NCBI GenBank assembly: GCA_035531475.1
Contig: DATKST010000184.1
Coordinates: forward strand, 4,349 to 28,348
Length of the DNA: 24,000 nucleotides
Source: Terriglobia bacterium
GTDB lineage: Bacteria; Acidobacteriota; Terriglobia; UBA7540
Direction: 5' to 3'
In this document: positions 6,923 to 12,549 of the stretch, in pieces
Numbering within the stretch: position 1 is the stretch's first letter
Layout of the letters: each line of letters begins with the position of its first letter
The notes under the pieces: model-generated
Seen by the model: only the letters and a program-made list of their open reading frames with translations
Databases searched by the model: none
What the model was told of the DNA's origin: nothing
Program-made: the position numbers and the translations under genes

Positions 6923-7408
6923 TTAGCCACCAATCGGTGAATCGGTTGCGGCGGCGGTTGCAGCCGTGTTGAAGCGAATCACGTTGGACTCGTCAGTGAA
7001 GTAGAAGTTCTGGCCCGTGGATCCCTGCACGAGCGGGCTTCCGGTGATTCCATAAGTGTCGACGTTGCCAGCCGAATCCGCTGTCCCGGGGGTATAAATC
7101 AGAGAATAACCACTCTTGGTGCCGGCAGCCAAAACGCTGTCAATCAGTCCGGCAGATGTGGCCGTGGGTTGGGCGCCTACAGCCTGCGGACCCAGGGCGA
7201 TCAGGGTCGAGCTGTAGCCGGTGTTGTAAGTTGAAGAATAAGTGATCTCCGCGGTGTTGAGGGTGCGAAGTGAGCCAACGCAAGAAGCTTGGTTGGCGGC
7301 AATCTTCGACCGCAGAAGGTTGGGAATGGCAATGGCCGCAATGATCAAAATGATGGCGACCACAATCAGAAGCTCGATCAGTGAGAAACCGCTCGAAGTC
7401 TTTTTCAT
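6923..7408 (-). CDS. pilA: type IV pilin (prepilin-type N-terminal cleavage/methylation domain protein)
   Basis: 161-aa ORF starting MKKTSSG|FSLIELLIVVAIILIIAAIAIPNLL: a short basic leader, Gly-Phe cleavage site, Glu5 and a hydrophobic alpha1-N helix. GGAGGA lies 10 nt upstream of the ATG. The gene is adjacent to a PilS/PilR-like pair and has a sigma54 promoter. A T2SS pseudopilin is the less likely alternative. Confidence 0.85.
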   Translation of the reverse strand: MKKTSSGFSLIELLIVVAIILIIAAIAIPNLLRSKIAANQASCVGSLRTLNTAEITYSSTYNTGYSSTLIALGPQAVGAQPTATSAGLIDSVLAAGTKSGYSLIYTPGTADSAGNVDTYGITGSPLVQGSTGQNFYFTDESNVIRFNTAATAAATDSPIGG

Positions 7409-7474
7409 AATGTAACTTCCTCCATGTCTATCAAAGTCCCCGACAGGTTTCTCCAGCCGGGCGTCCTACTCAAA

Positions 7475-7490
7475 AGCATGTCCTGTTCCA
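7475..7490 (-). promoter_or_regulatory. sigma54 (-24/-12) promoter of pilA
   Basis: The minus strand reads TGGAACaggacATGCT. GG and GC have the canonical spacing of TGGCAC-N5-TTGCW, with one mismatch in each element. The site lies 67-82 nt upstream of ATG 7408, and a sigma54-dependent activator is encoded immediately upstream. Confidence 0.55.
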
Positions 7491-7606
7491 AAGCGATCTG
7501 ACCCATGCAATTTTACTTAAAAGTTATCTGCTTTCATACGTATACCTTCGAGCGTACCAATTCGGCTCAGGATGTTGTCGTCCACCAATGGTAACTTTCT
7601 GGCCTG

Positions 7607-7638
7607 ATTTTGTCTAAACAAAATGACACTTTTTGTCA
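7607..7638. promoter_or_regulatory. Overlapping inverted repeats, candidate enhancer (UAS) for the PilR-like activator
   Basis: ATTTTGTctaaACAAAAT (7607-7624) overlaps TGACActtttTGTCA (7624-7638). Both are perfect inverted repeats, about 120-160 bp upstream of the sigma54 promoter, the usual distance for bEBP sites. Binding is not demonstrated. Confidence 0.3.
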
Positions 7639-7654
7639 GTTGAGATGACGACCA

Positions 7655-7721
7655 GTAGGGGCGGGCCTTGTGCCCGCCCGTCGAAATGCCGCCCGTGGGC
7701 GGCCACAAGGGTCGCCACTAC
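7655..7721. repeat. Repeat family A, copy 3 (with a 20-nt internal insertion)
   Basis: gtaggggcgggccttgtgcccgcccg[tcgaaatgccgcccgtgggc]ggccacaagggtcgccactac. The second stem keeps pairing through a G-T wobble. This copy generates the spurious ORFs 7517..7708 and 7668..7946. Confidence 0.8.
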
Positions 7722-7761
7722 GTTGGCGCAACCGCCACAACTGGAGCGGTTCTGAATCTCC

Positions 7762-9132
7762 CTAAACGCCATGCTTCTTGGCATAGTGGCGGAATGACCG
7801 GTAAGACATACTCAGGAGGTCGGCAGCCTTGGTCCGGACGCCATCTGAGGCCTGCAAAGCCTCCAGCAGGTACCGTTTCTCTCTTTCAGCGATTTCCCTT
7901 TCAAAATCAACACCTTCGCGCGATACCACCACGAGTTCACTTTTGAGCGGGGCGTCCCTTAGCACCGAATCAGGCAAATGGCTGACCAGCAGCAGCCGGT
8001 CCTGGTCTCCGGCAAAGGCCACGGCCCGTTCAATGGCATTCTCCAGCTCGCGGACATTGCCGGGCCAAGAATAGCGGCGAATGGCCCCCAGCGTTTCCGG
8101 ATCGAAATCGTGGACCGGCCGTCCCGTTTCCCCGGCGTATTTACGCAGGAAGTGGCGAGCCAGAGGTTCAATGTCCTCAGTGCGTTCGCGGAGCGGCGCC
8201 ACGTGCACCGGAATCACGCTGATACGGTAATAAAAGTCTTCACGGAATTGCCCGGCGGCGACCATGGCGTTCAGATCGCGATTGGTGACCGCAATCAGTC
8301 GCACATCAATGGGGATATCGGCGGTTCCGCCCAATGGCCGCAGCGTGCGTTCCTGGAGCACACGCAACAGCTTAATCTGCATGCTGAGGCTGGTCTCGCC
8401 GATCTCATCCAGCAGCAGCGTGCCGCCGTTGGCCTGTTCAACAATGCCCTTCTTATTGGTATCGGCGCCAGTGAAAGCGCCTTTCATGTAACCGAAGAGT
8501 TCGCTTTCCAGCAGAGTCTCCGGGAAGGCGCCGCAATTGATGGACACAAAGGCTTTATCCTTGCGGAGACTGGCGGCGTGGATGGCCCGGGCCACCAGTT
8601 CCTTGCCTGTGCCGCTCTCTCCGGTGATCAGCACCGTGCTATTGGTGGGGGCAACGTTGCGAATGGTTTCCAGAATCTTCTGTACCCATGCGCCCTGCCC
8701 CACGATGTTGTCATGGGCAAAGACGCGCAGCAACTCGCGACGGAGCTGGGAATTCTCCTCGCGCAGCGCCAGCTCCTCCAATGCCCGCTCCACCACCAGT
8801 TTGAGCTCATCCACCAGGCGGTCCGTCTTGATCACATAACGGTAAGCGCCCAGATTCAGAGCTTCGACCGCCGTCGAGACCGTGGGCACCGCGGTGATGA
8901 GGATGAACAGGGCTGTGCTGCGCGTGGATTGGGCGTGTTCGAGCAGTTCGACACCGGTCAGGTCGGGCATTCGAATGTCGCAGATGATGACGTCGTAAAG
9001 ACGCGCTTCGATCTTCTGGCGTGCCGCCGCGCCGGAGGCGACCGTTTCCACTTCATGCCCTTCGCGGCGGAAAGTGATCTCCAGAAGCTGGCAGATGGAT
9101 TCTTCGTCGTCAACAATCAACAGTCTTGCCAT
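7762..9132 (-). CDS. pilR: sigma54-dependent response regulator (NtrC family; PilR-like by context)
   Basis: 456-aa ORF. REC domain with DVIICDIRMPD; AAA+ Walker A GESGTGKE, GAFTGA loop, Walker B LLLDEIGE; C-terminal Fis-type HTH (AADLLSMSYRSFRHYAKKHG). It lies between a sensor kinase and pilA. Confidence 0.9.
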   Translation of the reverse strand: MARLLIVDDEESICQLLEITFRREGHEVETVASGAAARQKIEARLYDVIICDIRMPDLTGVELLEHAQSTRSTALFILITAVPTVSTAVEALNLGAYRYVIKTDRLVDELKLVVERALEELALREENSQLRRELLRVFAHDNIVGQGAWVQKILETIRNVAPTNSTVLITGESGTGKELVARAIHAASLRKDKAFVSINCGAFPETLLESELFGYMKGAFTGADTNKKGIVEQANGGTLLLDEIGETSLSMQIKLLRVLQERTLRPLGGTADIPIDVRLIAVTNRDLNAMVAAGQFREDFYYRISVIPVHVAPLRERTEDIEPLARHFLRKYAGETGRPVHDFDPETLGAIRRYSWPGNVRELENAIERAVAFAGDQDRLLLVSHLPDSVLRDAPLKSELVVVSREGVDFEREIAEREKRYLLEALQASDGVRTKAADLLSMSYRSFRHYAKKHGV

Positions 9133-9155
9133 TGATGTATTTTCCCTACGTTCAA

Positions 9156-9267
9156 ACTAAGTGCAGCGTTTCGTAAGTTCGCTCACGTATTCTCGCACCC
9201 CCTCACCCGGCGCGACGGGAAGCACTGCTTCCCCGCTTGCGGGGAGAGGGGCTGGGGGTGAGGGGTT
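9156..9267. repeat. Repeat family C, copy 2 (left arm plus core, right arm replaced)
   Basis: actaagtgcagcgtttcgtaagttcgctcacgtattctcgcaccccctcacccggcgcgacgggaagcactgcttccccgcttgcggggagaggggctgggggtgaggggtt aligns with copy 1. It carries the ggaagcactgcttcc insert that is also present in copy 3. Confidence 0.8.
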
Positions 9268-9280
9268 AAGGAAGTGTTCG

Positions 9281-9371
9281 GGTAGTGGGTCAGTCTGGAT
9301 GTAGGGGCGGCTTTATGCCGCCCGTTGGCGAGGTAAACTCGCCGTACCAAGAGCCAAACTGACCCACCACC
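9281..9371. repeat. 91-bp MITE-like element: 18-bp terminal inverted repeats enclosing a family A-type double hairpin
   Basis: Left end ggtagtgggtcagtctgg (9281-9298). The reverse complement of the right end (9354-9371) reads ggtggtgggtcagtttgg. The inner sequence is gtaggggcggctttatgccgcccgttggcgaggtaaactcgccgtac (9301-9348). The same left end recurs at 11334-11350. Confidence 0.7.
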
Positions 9372-9383
9372 GGCTGACCGCAA

Positions 9384-11072
9384 TCATTCGACCAGGGCCG
9401 CATCCAGACGCCTCGGAATCTCAATCAAGAACTTGGAGCCTTCGCCTTGTTTCGAACTCACCCGAATACGCCCGTGGTGGCCCTCGACGATCTGATAAAC
9501 AATAGCCAGGCCGAGGCCGTTGCCATTTCTGGATTTTGGCTGAAACGGCTCAAAAATCCGCTCAAGCTGCTCCTGGGAGAACCCAACACCGGTGTCAGCC
9601 AGCGTCACCTGCACCTCTTTTCCGGGAGCGTCGGCAATTTCCGCCGTCAAGCGGCCACCTTCGGGCATTGCCTTCAGGGAGTTATCGCAAATGTTCCAGA
9701 AGACCTGGCGCATTTTGTCAGCGTCGGCGGTGATGGTGACGGGGTGAGTGGGAAAATTGCGCTGGATCAGGCATCCCGTGCTAAACCGGGGATGTTGCTT
9801 GAGCAGCAGCAGGGTTTCATCCAGCAGATTCACCAGATCGACCGGGCGGAACTCGTAACGCTGCTCGCGGGAATAGGTCAGGAACTCAGAGACCAGCTTG
9901 TCGAGGCGGGATGATTCGCGGCTCACAATGTCCATCAGCTTCGCCTGGTCTTCCGTCATGGTGGAAATGTTTTGCAACAAGCGAACCGAGCCCGCGATCG
10001 AAGTCAGCGGATTGCGAATCTCATGCGCAATGCCGGCCGCCATCCGCCCCAGGGTGGCCATGCGCTCCTTGGCCTGGTATTCCGCCTCGCGCCGTTTCTC
10101 CTCCGTCAAATCCTGGAAGGTATAAATGTTGCCCACCACGCCGGATTCTGGCACATTGAGCGGAGAAAGCGAAAGGCCCATGACTCGCTCACCCCCCGCA
10201 GGATGATGATAACGAATCTCGCGGCGCGAAAAGGCCGAAAGGCCTCCATCGGAAGGTTCTTGTCCATTCCGCAAAACCGGGAAAAAGCTACATAGATTCT
10301 TTCCTTTTGCGCCTGCAGCCGAATGCCCCAGGATCGCCGCGCCGGCGGGGTTGATTTCAAGGATGGAGCCTTCCAGGTCAGTCGTAATCAGACCGCCCCT
10401 CATGCTCTGGATGATGCTCTGGTTGATGGCTTGAAGACTTCGGACCTCGCCGGTTTTGTCCCGAAGGGCTTCACCCGTCCTCCGCAACCGCTCCGCAAGG
10501 GAGCTGGTGAGATAGGCCACGGCGAAGAATCCGAAGAGGCTGGCAACGATCTTTACTTCGAGCGTGCCCAGATCCACTGGAATCCTGCCGCTTGAGGCGT
10601 AGCGGGAGAGCGCGGGATGGTTCATGGCAAACGCCGGAAACAAGTCGGGAAGATAGTCAAATTCCAGAATGGCGCCCATGAAAACAAAACTGAGGGCCGC
10701 CACCAGAAAGGCTCGCGCCCTGGGCAGTAGGATGCTCGCCAGAATCACCACTACCAAGTAAAGCGACAGGTAGTTGCTTTCCAGATCGCCGGTGAGGTGG
10801 ACGATGAGCGTGATCAGGAAAATGTCACCAAAAATTTGCAGGTAAGCCTGAAGCGTGTAGTCCGGGCTGAGCTGATTATAAATGAGGTAAAACAGCCCCA
10901 GCACGTACCACAAAATGATGGCAACTCCCAACGATTCGATCAAATGTCCGCTGTTGGGGTGCGGCAAGAGTTGACGGATGGAAAACTCAATGGCGAAGAC
11001 AAACGTAATAATGACGAACCGGATCTTGATGACCCAGGGAAGCCAGAACTGAAGTTCGCCAGTGGGTTTCAT
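9384..11072 (-). CDS. pilS: sensor histidine kinase, PilS-like (multi-TM N-terminus, PAS, HisKA, HATPase_c)
   Basis: H-box HEIRNPLTSIAGSVRLL, N-box WNICDNSLKAM, G1 DTGVGF, G2 GNGLGLAIV, a PAS-like segment (SIIQSMRGGLITTDLEGSILEINPAGAAILG) and about six N-terminal TM helices. The ORF track runs to 11327, but that extension lies antisense to a vsr remnant. ATG 11072 (MKPTGELQFWLPWVIKIRFVII) precedes the first helix. ATG 11171 is an alternative start. Confidence 0.8.
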   Translation of the reverse strand: MKPTGELQFWLPWVIKIRFVIITFVFAIEFSIRQLLPHPNSGHLIESLGVAIILWYVLGLFYLIYNQLSPDYTLQAYLQIFGDIFLITLIVHLTGDLESNYLSLYLVVVILASILLPRARAFLVAALSFVFMGAILEFDYLPDLFPAFAMNHPALSRYASSGRIPVDLGTLEVKIVASLFGFFAVAYLTSSLAERLRRTGEALRDKTGEVRSLQAINQSIIQSMRGGLITTDLEGSILEINPAGAAILGHSAAGAKGKNLCSFFPVLRNGQEPSDGGLSAFSRREIRYHHPAGGERVMGLSLSPLNVPESGVVGNIYTFQDLTEEKRREAEYQAKERMATLGRMAAGIAHEIRNPLTSIAGSVRLLQNISTMTEDQAKLMDIVSRESSRLDKLVSEFLTYSREQRYEFRPVDLVNLLDETLLLLKQHPRFSTGCLIQRNFPTHPVTITADADKMRQVFWNICDNSLKAMPEGGRLTAEIADAPGKEVQVTLADTGVGFSQEQLERIFEPFQPKSRNGNGLGLAIVYQIVEGHHGRIRVSSKQGEGSKFLIEIPRRLDAALVE

Positions 11073-11160
11073 GGACGTCAGAGCTAGTGTACGATAAGTA
11101 AACGATCGGGACAAGCGGTATTGTTGAGATTTAGGACGGTGCTTCGACTGTGGCTCGTAG

Positions 11161-11516
11161 TTTTCAAGCATGATCCAGGCTGTGAAGGTCCCGATATTGG
11201 GCAAGTACCGCAGCGCGCGGACACAGCCAGAGCGGGAATATGCGAAAGCTTTGCGGAAGATTCGACTTCGGTTCCGCACCAACGATACCAAGCTCCCGGG
11301 GAAGCCGGATCTTGTATTCGGATCCAAACGCCTGGTAGTGGGTCAGTTTGCTGTGGCGGCGGTCTCTGACCGCCGGAAACCATTGGAAAATAAAACTCGG
11401 CGGTCAGAGACCGCCGCTACAGCCGTGAAAATGTACCACTACCAAAGCCTGGCCGTATTTGTGGACGGCGACTTTAGGCACGATCATCCGTGGAGGGTTC
11501 GCGGATCACCCGCGTA
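11161..11516 (+). pseudogene. vsr-like (very short patch repair endonuclease) remnant, 5'-truncated and split by a repeat element
   Basis: The frame of ORF 11170..11517 reads ...TQPEREYAKALRKIRLRFRTNDTKLPGKPDLVFGSKRLV, then 110 bp of repeat-encoded residues, then AVFVDGDFRHDHPW. This matches the Vsr pattern (TKPE..LR..L...G.R.R....LPGKPD.VF......FV.GCFWHGH), but the Cys/Trp of CFWHG are replaced. A stop at 11158-11160 removes the N-terminus, and the C-terminal half is missing. Confidence 0.55.
11334..11443. repeat. 110-bp MITE-like element inside the vsr remnant: same terminal sequence as 9281-9371 but with a family B hairpin pair inside
   Basis: ggtagtgggtcagtttg (11334-11350), ctgtggCGGCGGTCtctGACCGCCG (11351-11375), spacer, CGGCGGTCagaGACCGCCGctacag (11398-11422), then a degenerate right end gtaccactacc (11433-11443). 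Confidence 0.7.
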
Positions 11517-11740
11517 AGCGGATGCAGAATGCTTTCATCGAAAGCTGCAACGGTAAGATGCGGGATGAGTGTTTGAACGAGCATTGGTTTGTGAGCTTGG
11601 CCGTGGCTCGGCAGAGGATTGAATCCTGGAGGCAGGATTGCAACGAGATCCGGCCCCATAGTTCGCTGGGGAACCGGACCCCCCAAGAGTTCACAGGCGG
11701 CGGGGCGGCCAAGAAGGAAGCCGGACGCGCCTTTGGCTTC
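11507..11740 (+). mobile_element. IS3-family transposase (OrfB integrase-core) C-terminal fragment
   Basis: PRKRMQNAFIESCNGKMRDECLNEHWFVSLAVARQRIESWRQDCNEIRPHSSLGNRTPQEF is the characteristic IS3 OrfB tail (QNxxIESFNGxxRDECLN....ARxxIExWRxxYNxxRPHSSLGxxTPxEF). No upstream DDE region or OrfA is present. The boundaries are approximate. Confidence 0.7.
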
Positions 11741-11749
11741 GTGCGCCTT

Positions 11750-12163
11750 CGTTTGGCGGGGGAAGGCGAATCCGTCACGCGCCAGACGTTCACCTTCCGT
11801 ATGGACAAAGAGAAGTCGAAGAAAGCCGAACGGCGGGACGGGCACTATCTGCTGCGCTCCAGCCTGGTCGGGAAGACCCCTCGGTGCTGTTGGGAACGCT
11901 ATGTCCAATTGACCCAAATCGAAGCCGCATTAGGAACCTTGAAGAGCGAACTGGGGCTGCGCCCGATCTATCACCAGGTTGAGAAACGAGTGGAGGGTCA
12001 CGTCTTCATGGCCTTCCTGGCCTACGCTCTTTCGGTCATCCTGAAGCGGCGGCTGGCCGCCCTGGCTCCCGGCCTCACGCCCCGAGCGGTGCTGGAAAAA
12101 CTGGCACCGATCCAAATGCTCGACGTGTGCTTACCCACCGCCGCGAGTCATGGTCGAGGATGA
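11750..12163 (+). mobile_element. IS4/IS1634-like DDE transposase C-terminal fragment, fused in frame to the IS3 fragment
   Basis: FTFRMDKEKSKKAERRDGHYLLRSS...WERYVQLTQIEAALGTLKSELGLRPIYHQVEKRVEGHVFMAFLAYAL shows the DGxYxL and Y-x2-R-x3-E-x6-K region of IS4-type transposases, with the R and the following F mutated. Coding-like signal appears to continue in shifted frames to about 12290. The boundaries are approximate. Confidence 0.6.
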
Positions 12164-12315
12164 CGCCACTCCGACCGTGCAGCTCAGACTGGAAATGTAG
12201 TGCCGACCTTGGAGATCGCCTTGCTGAAAACACGCCACTTACGGCCTGAACACTCGCTCAACTGCGAAAGTTGCGCTCGCCAGGGCGTATCGGCTCGTAT
12301 GCTTTAAGAAACTAT

Positions 12316-12329
12316 CGGAATGAATTCCG
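12316..12329. promoter_or_regulatory. CGGAAT-N2-ATTCCG palindrome, site 1 (candidate operator upstream of the TonB-dependent receptor)
   Basis: CGGAATGAATTCCG has perfect 6-bp inverted arms. It lies 25 bp upstream of the TTGACA -35-like hexamer. It is identical to 21059-21072 and differs from 16578-16591 at one central base. Confidence 0.45.
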
Positions 12330-12354
12330 AAATGAAGATTTTTAGAATAATTGC

Positions 12355-12383
12355 TTGACAACCCCCAGGCCATGCGCTATACA
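12355..12383 (+). promoter_or_regulatory. sigma70-type promoter candidate for the TonB-dependent receptor
   Basis: TTGACA (12355-12360), a 17-nt spacer, then TATACA (12378-12383). This implies a leader of about 160 nt before ATG 12550. Confidence 0.45.
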
Positions 12384-12549
12384 ACACAAACGAGGAGTGG
12401 AACCCGCAAATAGAGGACAAGTGGATTATAGGCAGGTTGACGGCACGACTGAGTTTCCCCCTGTCAACAGGGGATGTCGGCGACGGGTTTCTGTTGAGTC
12501 ATTCGATGCGCTCCTAAGTGAGCGATCACTATACGATAAGGAGGATACC

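Noticed and set aside
7517-7946. Small ORFs 7517..7708 (-) and 7668..7946 (+), and similarly 4524..4769 (+), 4181..4531 (-) and 9183..9383 (-)
   Set aside because: They are driven by translation of the hairpin repeats (GGHKARPY, GDHKGRPYD and PSPRKRGEG-type peptides), which recur wherever the repeats occur. None has an RBS or a domain.
7978-9135. 385-aa plus-strand ORF
   Set aside because: It lies antisense to the well-supported sigma54 activator gene (7762-9132). It has no motifs and a skewed composition. It is a shadow ORF.
11073-11327. 85-codon N-terminal extension of the pilS ORF
   Set aside because: The extension is hydrophilic and basic, and it lies antisense to the vsr remnant. The first TM helix follows ATG 11072. 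An ATG 11171 start cannot be formally excluded.
12355-12549. 65-codon N-terminal extension of the TonB receptor ORF (TTG start at 12355)
   Set aside because: The TTG is part of a TTGACA -35-like hexamer. A strong AAGGAGG RBS and a classical signal peptide begin at ATG 12550.
12384-12549. Cobalamin or other riboswitch upstream of the TonB-dependent receptor
   Set aside because: I could find no B12-box-like sequence or other riboswitch core that I recognise. Only a simple 6-bp hairpin is present. This is left as a low-interest leader observation.
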